Assembly: GCF_009914755.1 (NCBI RefSeq)
Contig: NC_060938.1
Reading direction: 5' to 3' (one strand)
DNA length: 64,000 bases
From: the human T2T-CHM13v2.0 reference genome, Homo sapiens
Position numbers and translations under genes: made by a program. Below the pieces are notes generated by a model. That model did not search any database. It saw nothing but the letters and a program-made list of their open reading frames with translations, and had not been told where the DNA came from. Below, piece by piece: positions 1 to 13,929 of the stretch; positions within the stretch are counted from its first letter, which is position 1, and each line of letters begins with the position of its first letter.

Positions 1-1189
1 TGCCTCTCTACCCTCAAGACAGTGACACTAAGCCATGAGGGGCCTCAGGGGGCCATGAAGGGCGACACCCCGCTCCTTTACATCAAGTGATAGAGGAATA
101 AAAAAGTTCCCCTCCACAGTAGTACAATGGGCCTCTGTCCTTCTCTAGGAGACTTTAATAAAGTAACTGAATCAAATGAAATTTGATCAGATGTATACAG
201 TTCAGCCTTCTTGCTTTGCCCCTTAACAATTTATCGAGGTGTTTCTACCCATGGTCCTGTTTTATTAAATGATATTTGAAGTGTTCCACCCTCTGAGAAA
301 ATGTGGTTTATATCCTTGGCATACATTTACATAATCTCATTAAGGAGATCTCTCCAGCTTAGTTAAACTATCCCAATAAAAAATCTTATCTTTAGTAGAA
401 AAAGACTGTTTTCTCCAAAGGGAACAGGAAGCTAATGGGGGGGCCAGGCACATTTTGAGAAGCTAAAGCTGTAATTATAGTTATATTTTTTATGCTACGT
501 ATGTGAAGTTTGTTAAGAGAGATGGATGGGAAATAATTGTTGTTTGGAGGATACAGTCATGTAAGAAGAGAATGCTGTGGCTAATGTATTTTAAATGTGG
601 TTTTAAAAATAATTTTTTATTTGCTCCCTTAGAAAATATTTCTGCATTAAAAAAAAAAAAAACTAAGAGTGAAAAATTACCAGCAATCTCTCAGCTCCCC
701 ACTGGAGCCATCAAATGAAGGGTTAACCTCTCAGAATCCCCGGAATTAATCAGGAGCTCAGCCAGGGGCCGGCTGGGCTAGGGGGAGGGGATTGGCAGAG
801 CTCAGCCTCCCCCAGAGGCTTACAGCACTACAGTGCAGCCCACTGTGGTGCGGCCACTGAGAGAATGCAGACCTTTTCAGAGATAAAGGAGCGTGCACAG
901 GAAATATGCCCTGATCCCACATCAGCCAAGGCTTCCTGCTTCTCATGCACTGATCCTCCATTTTCAAAGAGCCAAAAGGCAACAAGTTATGTTCTACAGA
1001 GTAGGATTTTTTTAAGTACAGCTTTAATCATAAATATATGTTCATCTTTCTTTGCTCATTTAGAAGGCAGTCTGTGATGTGCACCTGGGTCATCTTTATT
1101 AAGATCTCTCAATTCATTCTGCTCTCCTGATGGAGAGGAAGCTGCAGCTGGGTGGATGGTATGTCCTGCCAGCCACTGTCATACAGGGC

Positions 1190-1335
1190 ACTAGGAGTTC
1201 TTGCTGTTATGCGGATTCCCAGGCCCCTGTGTCGATTTAGAAAATCTGAACTTTTGGGGCAGGAACCTGGGAACCAACATTATTAATAAGCTCTCCACGT
1301 GATTCCTGTGCACATTCAAATGTAAGAACCACTAA
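1190..1335. mobile_element. MER5-like hAT-Charlie relic
   Basis: gattcccaggccc...gtgattcctgtgcacattcaaatgtaagaaccact. Confidence 0.6.
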
Positions 1336-4300
1336 CCCCAGAGGTTTTTTGTTTAAAAGAAATCCCTCACATCAGCATTAGGTGTTGTAAGCTTTCCAAT
1401 TAAGGTAAAGAACAAAATAGGTTTTCCCTCATGTGCCAGGCCCATTTACTCATTTTAATAATTTGGGTGTTGAACAAAGTGAGTTGACTTCATGTGTAAG
1501 AGTAACAATACCCATGTTCACATGCATACGTGTACCTGAAGTCTGTTTTCCTTCAGGACTTTAGTATGTCAAGGAGAGGAGATAAGTTAGGCCTTGACTT
1601 CTTTCCTTTTCCTGTGCCTTCCTTATGTATAACTTCAGATCTGTCCATTTCCTGAACCAACCTTCCCTTAGTCTCTTCAGGATTCAGACCAAGCATCAAA
1701 CTATATGCTCCAATTACATCACTCTTCCCGCTCACCTCATTCCCATTTAAAACAAGTGAAAGATCATGGAGTCCCTGATAATTAACACTTTTTATGTAAT
1801 TGTAGACTTTTTATGCCACAGGACTGGTTTCTACCAGCCTTCGTTCCTAACTTTGGCTGGGATTCTCTCCCTGGAACCCACTTTCACCTGCTCTCTTATC
1901 CATCACCAGAGCTGCCCTTAAGTTGAGCCCACCTGAAACCCTGACAACCTAATTCCTGCTGGTCTTCTATCCTTAAGTGCTGAATCTTACTCCCTTACTT
2001 CTGTCTAATATTGAATATCCCTGATCTTACAAGAATTTGGTTGGACGAACTCCCAAAAAGACCCCTACCATCCACTTACTTCCTGAGTTGATAGCCATCT
2101 CCATACATAGCTGATGACAGCATTCCAGGACCACCTCTCCTGTTGCATCCTCCTTGGCCCTGGAGGAGGTCTGCATTGTCACCCCCTCCCTGGATCTCAC
2201 TTCCACCTTGTGAAGTCAGCTTTTCCCTGTTCTGCCTTTTCTCATCCACAGTTGCTAAACTCCCACTGTGGCTTATGACAAAGCCTATAGTTTTAGTTGT
2301 AAAGTCAGTTTTTAGAACTAAAATCTGAGATCCTGTAAGGGAAAGGAAATGCCATTCTACTCTGCTTCTGCCTCCCAGAAGGTCTAAGGGCTCCTCCTTC
2401 AGTTATGAGCCGCCTTCTCCATGGCGCTTGCATCTGTGGAAGAGTCCCTGGTTTCAGCTAAGGCTTGTTTTTATTGGTATTTGTTTTTTCAGGCCTTGTG
2501 CAAGGAAAGACCTAGGTGGCAAGAGTGAGACAGAAGCAGATCTGCTAGGGCAGATTCTCCAGCCTATGAATATGGTCTAAATCCTGGAAGCCCCACTCCC
2601 TATAAATTTGCATGAAGTAGTCTACACAAGGTTGATATTCTCATGCTGGTTCAGATTAAGTTGTTATGCTGTAGGCTAGATGTTTAGTTTCAGAAGACCC
2701 GGCTAAGCCCTTATCTTTCGGCAGGTTTCAGGCCACCTCAGAGCCCCCGTCACTTAAAAATAATTAGCTGACTCTCCCACCTGAGCTAGTGATTTGACGA
2801 TCTGTATGCTAAACCAGACTTCTACAGAGGAAAAAAAAAGAAAAGGGACCAGAGTGCCAGAAGGAAGCTTAATTTTTAAGGTAAATTTGGATTCCCTTAA
2901 AGGACAAGTGAAAAATCTCTGAAGATGCTCTAAACCCAGGGACTCTTGTCTTTTTTTTTTTTTTTTTTCGTACCTGAAGCCTTTTTCGTTCCCCTAGTCG
3001 CCTAGCCCTATTCTATACTTTACATTATATGTGGGAAATAATGCACAGAGTACTTGGCACTTCCTTTTGTTAAAGAGAACATTTTAGATTACTAGAACTG
3101 AGATTTATTCCTAAAAGAAAGGAGAATAGCTTCCAGATGTATTTTTCCGTCATGGACTTTCTTTCCTCAAGTATTGACAGAGGGGAGGTTTTATCAAGGT
3201 CTTTGTGATGGGCCTGTTTATAATGAGAGGATATTAGTGGAGCACATCTAAGAGTGTATCACCAACAGAAAACTGAAAGGAGCATATGGCAGGAACAGAA
3301 ATATACATTTGCCCAAATAATGTGGCTTGTTAACACTCCCACATTCATCCTAAACTCTGCGGACATGCATCTAACAGCATCACACACAGTCACTCCTTGC
3401 AGCAGAGAAGAAAAATAAAAGTCAAACAATGATTTCCTCACTATGGGATGATCAAATAATGCTAATGTGGACATTTTTATCAAAGATGATGGGATTTCAA
3501 CTCAGTAATCTTGTGCATTCTGCTTCACTGTTGCTGGCATCCGGGCAGTGCTGTGTAAGGAGTTTAGAAAAATATGAGCTTTAGCATTTTTGTACAGCTT
3601 TTTGTGATAAAACAGGAACAATGAAAGGAAACATGAGGATCGAGCTCTTATGTAACACTGAGCTCAGGGGCAAAGAATCTTTTAGTTCAGAAAGCTCTTC
3701 TGAAGAATGTCTGTAGATGAGATTTAAGACCAGATTAAGATGAACTTTTTGAACACTGAGGCAGCTTTTACCCAGCATTGGCCAGAACCAAAGCTTATTT
3801 CAATTCAAATATGATCTATAAGATCCCTACTAATGAATTATTAAGCTGAATTTATCAATTTGCAGCTGTATTCTGAAACTCCTGCCCCCACTATGGGGCT
3901 GTAAAGGAGGAGGTGGGGTAATGCTACAGCACAGGAAGTGCCACTCCATTAGACATTTGGTTATAGAACTCCCTAGAGATGAGTGAGAATTGTAGGCATC
4001 ATTGCCTGATTCTTTGACACCATTTTATATCTGAGGAAATCCTACCCTCACCAAGCTAGAAGACTTGCCAAAGTTACCAGAACCAGGACTGAAAACAGAT
4101 GTTCTGTTTCCCAATACAATGTTATTTTTACCGCCCCCCACCAATATTCCTTTCATTTTAAAGTAGATTCTTTTTATAGTTTCATGGCTCTTGACATATT
4201 AGAATCTAGGCTTATATATTTGTATTCACCATCATTTTACATTCACCTACTTAACTTTACAAGGAAGCCATACCCATTCTTTGATATGTTAGCACTGGGA

Positions 4301-5098
4301 TTGGTGGTGGTATGGCAAGCCTGGCATTTATGTTAGAATGGAATTGTGGATGGAGAAAAAGGGTGCTTAAGAGCTTTCAGAAAAGTGCTATTTTTTAAAC
4401 AAAATTATTCTAGAGCAAGAGGACCTCAATTTAGAGAATAACAAAAAACAAAAACATAAGTTGCCTGAGGCTTCAGCTACTCAAAGTGGGTAAAAATGCC
4501 TTTGGCACTCTTACGTATGTTTTCTCCTTTGGCAATTCTATTGAATTTCTTGGTTTTAATTATCACCTCCAGGAAGAAAAAAAAATAACCTTCCAGAACT
4601 ATACCTTCAACTATCATCACTTAAGTGCCTAACTCTTATTTTCGACTATCCCCTGAACACCTTCTCCAGGATCTTCCCAGGCTGCTCAAGTACAAACTGT
4701 TCACAGGGAAATCATCTTTGTCTCCACTGGTTACCATTTGGTTACCATTTACCATTTAGTCTATTGTCGTCATCGTCCTGTGGGACAGGCACAAAAATTA
4801 TGATACCAGCTCTTCTCCTCAGGTCCCATTGCCAATTTCCATTGATTGTACTGCCATCTGGGCCCCATCTCTGTCTTTTCTCCTGCTGACACCAATTGAA
4901 ATGTTCCTGGATCCATTCAGCTGAAAGTATTTTCTTCCTACCCTGAACTCCTGAAGATCTTATTCCAAACCTTTCTTATGGAACATGCTTGTTAATTAAT
5001 CAAACAGTATTTGTTGAGCATATAATACACATCAGGCATTATACCTAGGCACTTTGCACACATTTTCATTCCCTCCAACCAGCCCTGAAAGACTTGGA

Positions 5099-5141
<43 letters not shown>

Positions 5142-5422
5142 AGACAAGATCTTGCTCTGTCATCCAGGCTGGCGTGCAGTGGCGGAATCACGGCTCACTG
5201 CAGCATCCATCTCCTAGGTTCAAGCAATCCTCAAACCTCAGCCTCCAAGTAGCTGGGGCCAAAGACATGAACCAATATGCCCAGCTAATTTTTTCATTTT
5301 TTGTAGAGATGGGAGTCTCCCTCTGTTGCCCAAGCTGGTCTTGAACTCCTGGGCTCAAGCAATCCTCCTCCCTGAGGCTCCCAAAGCACTGGGGTTACAG
5401 GTGTGAGCCACAATGCCCAGCC
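5099..5422 (-). mobile_element. Alu, old (AluJ-like)
   Basis: Poly-T tail followed by a diverged antisense Alu dimer. Confidence 0.92.
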
Positions 5423-5423
5423 T

Positions 5424-5762
5424 GGAAAACTTTAAAAATGTCTATGACTATTGATGCCAGTGCCCCACCACCTGAGATCCAGATTTAACAGGTCTCAGGT
5501 ACAGCCGGGACAGGGGGACTTTTCAAGACTTGCTGGTTTATTCCAATGTGTAGCCATGGTTGAGAACCACTGGTGTAACTGCAAACCCATTTGCCAGATA
5601 TTCTCAGGTAGTTAGTATCACCTCTGAAGCTTTAAAATGCAAACAAATGCTGGACTGTAACCCAATCCTATCAAATTAGAACTCTGGGGGATAGAGTCTG
5701 GGAATTCACATGTTAACAAAGCTTCGCAAGTGACTCTGTCACATAACCAGGATCAAAACCCC
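5424..5762. mobile_element. Two adjacent MER5-like relics
   Basis: ...ggttgagaaccactgg and ...agaactctgggggatagagtctgggaattcacatgttaacaaagc. Confidence 0.55.
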
Positions 5763-5917
5763 CTTTCTTGATCAGATACTGAATCATCTCCCTCTTATGG
5801 CAATATTAGAAATAATTATAGATGTCTTCCCCCAACTTACAGTCTGTAAACTCTTTGAGGACAGATTTACATTTGATTTACCTTGGTCAGCTTCCTGGCA
5901 CCTAGCAAGGTCCCTCA

Positions 5918-6296
<379 letters not shown>

Positions 6297-6887
6297 TTAT
6301 TTTTTTGTACTAGGTTTTAAATCTTTGATATACTAACCTGGAAACAAAGCAAGTCATTTCAATTGTCTTAGTATCACAGTTGTGCGGCTATTAAGTGCCA
6401 GAGCTAGGATTTGAACCCAGGCCATCTTGACAATATTCTTTTCTGTACATCTCAGGCCTTAAAGGCAACTATAAAATGAAAAATTCAGCGATCTACATGT
6501 TTGGATACATGCTGTCAGACTTGTTTCTGAAATTTGAACATAACCTGTCACCTGAGGAAAAAAAGCTCTGTTGGCATTATGAAATGAATTTGGAAAAAAA
6601 TATGTTAATTTAAACCTAAAAATTGTGGGATCTAACAGATATCCCTTTCTTCTCTTCAATTCCACCCTCCCTCAAACCCACACATACACACAGACAGACA
6701 AACACACCCTCTGATTGTTCTTTGACATTTCTTGACAACTATTTAGTTACTGCTTTGGTAATTTTCTTTGTTTTCTTTTTAGTTTATATTACTTCTCAAA
6801 GATTTTTCAAATAACTTGAGCTTCTAGTTATAAATGAAATCTTTTCAAAAGTTCATATACAGTTTACTTAATAAACTGGCATCTGGT

Positions 6888-7181
6888 GGCTGGGCGCTGT
6901 GGCTCATGCTTGTAATCCCAGCACTTTGGGAGGCCGAGGCAGGAGGATCACGAGATCAGGAGATTGAGACCATCCTGGCTAACATGGGGAAACCCCGTCT
7001 CTACTAAAAATACAAAAAAATTAGCTGGGCATGGTGGCGGGGCCTGTGGTCCCAGCTACTCAGGAGGCTGAGGCAGGAGAATGGCGTGAACCTGGGACGC
7101 AGAGCTTGCAGTGAGCCGAGATCACGCCACTAAACTCCAGCCTGGGCGACAGAGCGAGACTCCATCTCAAAAAAAAAAAAA
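6888..7181 (+). mobile_element. Alu (AluY/Sc-like)
   Basis: Full dimer with A tail. Imperfect TSD aaactggcatctggt / aaattggcatgtggt. Confidence 0.93.
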
Positions 7182-7261
7182 TTGGCATGTGGTATCTATT
7201 TCTAATGTTTCATTCAATGTGAATATGCACACAGGTATAACTAAGTTGAAGTGACTCTTAA

Positions 7262-7660
7262 ACAAGACATGGAAACATAGTTCCAGGCACTATTTGCCAT
7301 TTACAAGCTAGGTGACTTTGGACAGGGATGAGCCTTCTGGAGCCTCCTTCTTCACCTGAAAATAAAAAGGGAAAGGAGCGAAGATAGACCCTCCCAAATT
7401 TTCTTCCAAATGTGAAATTTTATGATCCTTTAAAATAGTCAGTCACTAATTAGGCTTTTGAAAAACACCAAATTAATACTTGGTCCTTGTCCTTACTGGT
7501 CGATATTTTTAAAGGCAAACAGAGACGTAATAATAAAATGTGTAGAATTCTTTACAGTTTATAGTCACCGTTATCTCCATTTCACAGAAAAGGAAATTGA
7601 GACACAGAGAGGCTGCGTGACTTGCCCGTGGTAACGGAATCAGAAAATTGCGAGTCGAGA
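7262..7660. mobile_element. Two MIR fragments in opposite orientation (~7262-7370 +; ~7560-7660 -)
   Basis: gctaggtgactttggacag...cttcacctgaaaat and atctccatttcacagaaaaggaaattgagacacagagag. Confidence 0.65.
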
Positions 7661-7729
7661 CTCTTACTGGACCCAACTTTGACCCCCTTCAATAGACTCC
7701 TACTGGACCCAACTTTGGCCCCCTTCAGT
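7658..7729 (+). repeat. 36-bp tandem duplication (2 copies, 3 mismatches)
   Basis: agactcttactggacccaactttgacccccttcaat / agactcctactggacccaactttggcccccttcagt. Confidence 0.9.
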
Positions 7730-9694
7730 ACCATGATGGCCACAGGCAAAGCTGGAGATCAGAGGCCAGGTCAATCTGACATGCTGACAGCTCCCTCCCG
7801 GTAGCCTGTCTGCCTTCCCCAAATGTTTTCCAACCCAGACGCCTTTAAATTGCTTTGGAATAGAATACCAAGTGGGGATTTATTTAGCATATCATTTCTG
7901 GATGTGTGTTTTCCTGAGCATTTATAGATCTGTGTTTTTCCAAAAAGCTGAGTGTTCCTGATAAAACAAGACAGATAATGATAAATGAGCATCTATGTAA
8001 GCCTAGCTGGGAGGAGGACCAGCGACTGTTAACACCCCTCCTGTGAAGTTAATCCCATTTCTTTTAGCTATTTCTCTATTAGTTAATGAGGTCTTGCACA
8101 AACGTGTGTCTGTGATGGTGTTTTAGCATCCTTGCCTCTAGGAACATCTTCAAATATTCATAAAGTAGCTCATCTGACCAAAGCTTAAAGCAAAGGTGCA
8201 TTAAGTATGAATTTAGTCAACTTCAAATGTGGGTGGTCGAAAAGCTGCTGCTGAAATAACCTAAATAATCCTCCTTATTGGTGCTTCCAGATCCACAGCT
8301 GTGGGCGCCGACGTGAAGGGTGACAGGGAAAAGGTATTAGCTGAAGCAGCTAGAACTCTGAAGGGCAGCCCTGTAAGCTTTGATCCTGCTTCCTGACTGA
8401 CAGTAGTGTGGGCCCACTATTGGAAAACCAAGTAACTTAAAAGAAACAAAAATAAAATGGAAAAGGAATTGCCAGTGGAGCCCCTGGGAAGGAGAGCAGA
8501 CGCGAGATCATATTGTTCCTGGGAGGCACGAGACCTACTTCCCACTCCAGTTCCTTATAGCAAAGGAGGAAAAGCAGAATCTCAAAAGATAGCGTGGCAC
8601 TCAGTGATGCATTTGGAGCGGCAAAGCACATATGGACACTCAGCCACTAAACTGAGCTCCATGGTACTGTGAATCATGGCAGTTACCTCTATGACTTGGC
8701 TTTGGAGGATTCCCCACACTATAGCAGAGTCGTGGGAAGACAGCTAGAGTTGATATGCACATGTGTGCACGCACGCCCCCACCCAGCCCTTCCTTCTGCA
8801 ACCTAAGGCATAGTGGCACAAATCCTGCCTATTTTTTACCCTTTTATGATTTTGTTTCCCCAGAGCATCATTTGAGGAAGTTGTCGCTATGGCTCTTCTA
8901 TGTGCAGTTTATATGCAAAGTTTGCTTGGTTCCGGGTGGCCTGGACTATTTTGGCCAAGAAACTGAAAATTACAGCCCAATATTTTCCTTCCTATTTCCA
9001 GGCAAATACCTCTGAGCTGCCACTAAGATGGTTCAAGTCTTCCTGACCCTACTTTAGTATGAGCTCCAGGGACAAATCATGGGCCAAAGTCCTCTGACCA
9101 TCAACCCCATAGGGCACTGCAATAAATCACTGTACCACTGGGAACTCAGTGCTGCATAACAGGAAATATCTATCCTTGAAAGAACCCATTCATGTCATTG
9201 CCACTGAGTGTTTTATTCATTGGAGCCTTTGGCCTTTTACAATATCAACCCCTGAACGAAGGAGGGCTCAGAAACCACACATCTGAAAGGAGATGGCCAT
9301 GTAATCCCACTCAAGTACAGACCTGGAGAGAGACAGATGTCGTCCATTAATAAGGGCTAATAATGCACATGTTTCCTTTTGCAGCTCAGTGCTCAACTTG
9401 TTGGTCATTTTATTTGGTTATGAGTTTTCCCTTAATGTGAAAAAAAAGTCCTTAAAAAAATAGCAACAGCACCATAAGAATGCTGCCTTGAGGAACGCCT
9501 GGAATGTAATAATACTATTTCTTTTTTGTCTCTTGCCACAAGGACACTGAGGGCATGCCGACAGCCATTATGATTACAGAAGATACAAGCTAATGTTGGT
9601 TGTTCCAGATGTAATTTTGCATTTCTCAAAAGAAATGCTGTTATATCTGGGATGTAAATTTGACTGGTGTCCTGTACTTAATGTTGTTTTACAG

Positions 9695-9888
9695 GTGATT
9701 CACATAACAGGCCGGCTACGCCTGAGAGTGTCGCTGTCCCACGGGAGGACCGTCCCCAGCCAAATCATGGGTCTCGTGGTTGTTGCGCATGCCTTGCCTC
9801 CCCCTACGATCAATGAAGTCAGAATTGACTGCCATATGTTCGTCACTCGAGTAAATATGGACCTCAATATCATTTACTGTGAAAATAG
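9695..9888 (+). CDS. NPAS3: NPAS3 coding exon (conventional exon 8, 194 bp): end of PAS-A, linker and start of PAS-B
   Basis: Acceptor ttttacag|GTGATT and donor AATAG|gtactt. Translates [64 protein letters not shown](R), an NPAS1/3-Trachealess type PAS sequence. Phase 0 to 2. Confidence 0.97.
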
Positions 9889-11875
9889 GTACTTTGTTTT
9901 TGTTTTCATTTGCCCTGTTGCACGTTGCACATTGGTGAGGGTTGTGTTTCAGCCGTCTGAAGGATGGTACTCTCCCAGTGAGGTTCATTCTAAATCCTGA
10001 TCTTGTTTTTAATGGCCACTTGGACTGACACCAAACATGCTTTTTATTTAAAATTTACATTGCTGCCCTGATTTACGTTAGGGACAACAATTAAATGAAT
10101 CGGGATACCCAGACATCCATATGCTATAAAGAAGGTCCATTTTGGCTGAGAACCCAAGGAGAGAGCAGGGCTTAGATGCCATTGGCAAAATGATGCAGTA
10201 AAATGTATTGCCTGATGCCTCATCGGGACCCACTTCTGCCTAATTCGAGGGCCTGGCCTCATGGTGGTCAGTGTTCACACAGACGCTAAGCATGGAAAGA
10301 ACAAATGAGAATCTGAGGTCCACAGAGGAAAAAGGATGAAAAAGAAATTTACAAAGCTATTAAATAAAACTTTGTCATCCTGAGGATTTCACTTTTATAA
10401 ATTAAAAAAAGATGACTCATCATACAAATGAGTTGGCAGTTCTTCCTCAAGACTAAGCTTTTATAAAAGGACTTTTTAGCCTCTGGTTAAAAAGTTCACT
10501 TTTTCCATTAAGCACAAAGCAAGGGACAAGGAAATGGGACATTGCCCCTTCAGACCTTTCACCTAGAAGTCAGCAGCCCCTTATCAGACTGATTGGAAGA
10601 GGAAACCATGGGGTGCAGGGAGGGCCGTGGAGAGGAGCCGCCCACATACCAGGTGTGGGAAGGAAGCTCTGGCGATACTATCCTTCCCCGGGTGCCACAG
10701 GGAGAAATACTGCGTCAATTTGGGGAGGATGCTTTTGCAGCGCTGTTGTCAGGCTTATTCACTGAGCCCTGCAAGTGCCTTCAGAGGAGAAACTGAAGAT
10801 CCGAATGGTCAAGTGACTTGGGGAACTGACCTCTCCAGAGACTAACCAAGAAGATAGCCCCTGCATTCAGTCCACTGGGAAGCGCTGAAGATGTTGAGAT
10901 CGAGTTGGAAACTGCCTATCATTTCTGAACAGGACCTGATTCAAAGGAAATAATTCACCCTGGGAAAAGATAACCCACCTGAGCTATGAGTGTTCAATAG
11001 GGTGGAAGATCTCATGAACCTGTTGCTGTTATTTGATAAGAAACTCTGAATCTGCATTTCAAATTTTGTTGGCATTTATTAAAATGTTTATGATCGTGAC
11101 ATCGTGGGTATGTCTGAGATATTCTGGAAGGGCCACAGAACACCAGGAAACATGCGTTAGCCAGAATGATTCGCTGGAGTTGGCAGTTCCTAATAAAGAT
11201 GGCTGGCGTTTACTGATCACTTACTACACATGGGGCGTGTGCAAAGCTCATCACCTGCACAATTTCACTTAAGCTTTAGGACAGTCCTGTGAGGCAGGTG
11301 CTGCTGCTGTCTCCATTGCCTTTGGGCAATTTCAGCTAAGAGAGAAACGTTGACTGTCTCATCCTCAGCCAAGAGATTCAAAAGCCCATGTAGTTAGCTA
11401 CATCCTGTGGAGTCTCCTGGAGTCTCTTCTTTTTCTTCAGAAGTCAGACTGAATGGCAAATGACCAGAAAGAATAACCTCTGAGGGGGACTTTTCATACA
11501 TATGTACCCATGAAAGAACCAAGTTACAGCCCACAAAGCTATTTCTTCTCTAATTAAAAATGTAGAATGCTGGAGAAGGAGATCCAACCAGGGAAGACAG
11601 ACATCAAATCAGAGGATGGACTGTGGCTTTGCTTTTTTGAAAACACACATCAGCTCCCTTGATTTAGCTACCAGCCACCTCTCCCTCCAAAGAACAGGGC
11701 CTCGTCTTATTTACCAAACTTCCAATGATTGTCCTATCCCAAAACATCACTTAATTTTCATTCCTGTGATCAACTCATTAATTCTTTTGACAAGCTCCAT
11801 GGACCCGAGTGCCTCATGGTGCCACTCTAGTAATTGAGATCATTTTCTGTGACCTGCTTTTGGCGTTTTTCTTCC

Positions 11876-11879
<4 letters not shown>

Positions 11880-11918
<39 letters not shown>
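11880..11918 (+). repeat. Pure A39 homopolymer
   Basis: Directly visible. Confidence 0.95.
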
Positions 11919-11921
<3 letters not shown>

Positions 11922-13822
11922 TTTCACAGTCCCCTTTATTAGCCAATACAATACAGCATTATTTCCCATCTACAGATGATAGTAATTATGAAAAATACCT
12001 GTATGAAAGGTAATTGCATATTTGATCTGAGGAAAAGCATATTGTGTGCCAGGCACTATGCTGTGTTAATTTCATTCCATTCATTCATCCCCTCACCAAC
12101 CTTTTGGATTATTTTACAGAAGAAGAAACTGAGTCTCAGAGTAAAAGGTGCCATCAGGATTCTGATCCTGGTGTAGGTCATCCAACTGGTCTGGTGCTTT
12201 TGAGATATGTGTTAAGAGACCCTCAAATGCCGGGCTAGTCGCATTCACCACAGTAACAGGCTCTGGTACAGAGAAGGGCTTGGATCGTTTTTTAAGGATT
12301 TAATTCAAGAAAAGAATAAACTAAAGAAATGCCTTCCCTAAAGAATGGAGTGGCTTTTTCCTGGGGTTTATTATTTAATTAGGGAATTGTTAACTAGAAA
12401 CTAAGCCTTGCTCCTTGACTCTGCAGACCATTCTTCTCTGCATTCCCAAGGACGGCCTCAGGCAAAGCCGACATCTAATGCTTTCAGAGGAGCTGGCAAA
12501 TTTCAGAAACACCAGTGAGGGAGGGTCTTTTAATGACATCCTTGTTCCCTCATTTGCAGAAAGGGGGTTTAACTGTGCTTGGAAGATAGCTAATGGTTTT
12601 AAGAAAACACCGACTAATCTGTGTCATACCTGAAACCCATGAAATCCTTAGAAAACCCTCCTTTTTATTTCCCCAGTTAATCTTATCTTACCTAAAATCC
12701 TAGTTTGGCCAAAAATATTATTTGAATTGCTAGACACTGAGAAATTCACTCGATGGGTAATATATTTTAATTATGTTTCTTTTTTTGTTTGTTTTTCTTT
12801 CTTATTTCCCTGCCTTGGGGGCCAGAAAACTCTCCAACAATGATCACATGTGTTTCTTAAATGTGTCATTTCTAAAGATTTACTTCATATTTCAATAGAC
12901 CATATGCCGTAAGTCATAAAAAAAAAAAACACATGAAGAGTAAAGAGAATAAATTAAACAAAAAATATATTCCACTTTGGACTGACCAAAAGGAATCTGC
13001 ACTTGGTAATACAGAGGGTAACAAGCATTTTGACATGTTTGTGTAAACCAGGCGGATTCCCCCAACACGGTTTCCAATTTGGGCTCTATTTTTCCATGCT
13101 CTGCCTGAGGACATCGACGTCTGGACAGTCAGTGACAGAGGCTTTTACACACACGTACTGTCGAGCACAAGCCTGGAAGAGCTGCTGAAATGGTTTAAAA
13201 GTTTTTGTGTGGAATCCACCACAAAGTACCAGTTAAAAGGGCCAGGAGTGAAAGCCGAGCTCCCAAATGACTAAGACTAAAAAAGATAATACCCCCAGGC
13301 ATCTGTATGTCTCAGCATTTAAATTATATCCCTTGAAATGCCAATTTGGACTTTGTGCCAAGAAGCTGCTGAAGCCCTTTTTCATGGAAATACCCAATAG
13401 AAGACCAATCTGTTTAAATGAAAGGTGTCTCTAATCATTTGGTATAAACATAACATGTTTTTATTTTATTATGTAACCTTGAATTATCTTGGCCTGTAAT
13501 GAGGATCTTGCATTGTTACTGATTCTCAATAATTTCATGAAATTATGTTGTCTAAATGTGCATTCTTAATGCCAAAGAAAGAGAAAAACCTATCTAATTG
13601 TTGAAACACAATCGCTTGATCTAACGCATTTCCTACTTTTGAAAAAAGACTGTTACGTGTTAAAGAAATAATCTTATGTATAAAGGGTTTCCCTCACAGT
13701 GCCACCTCCTCACGGGTACAGTAGTATAATGAAATGTGTCAGTAGAACTGTTTCTAAGTTATTTGACAGTTTCTTTATATTTCCTCCTTTCTGAATTCCA
13801 GCCTGTGTTCTTCTCTTTGTAG

Positions 13823-13929
13823 GATTAGTGATTATATGGATCTGACCCCTGTAGATATCGTAGGGAAGAGATGCTACCACTTCATCCATGCTGAAGACGT
13901 GGAGGGCATCAGGCACAGTCACTTGGACT
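13823..13929 (+). CDS. NPAS3: NPAS3 coding exon (exon 9, 107 bp): PAS-B core
   Basis: Acceptor ctctttgtag|GATTAG and donor GGACT|gtaagt. Translates (R)[35 protein letters not shown](L). Phase 2 to 1, in frame with both neighbours. Not in the ORF track. Confidence 0.97.

Noticed and set aside
8291-8333. Possible 43-nt cryptic exon (ttccag|...AAG|gtatta)
   Set aside because: The signals are modest, and such pairs are common in long introns.
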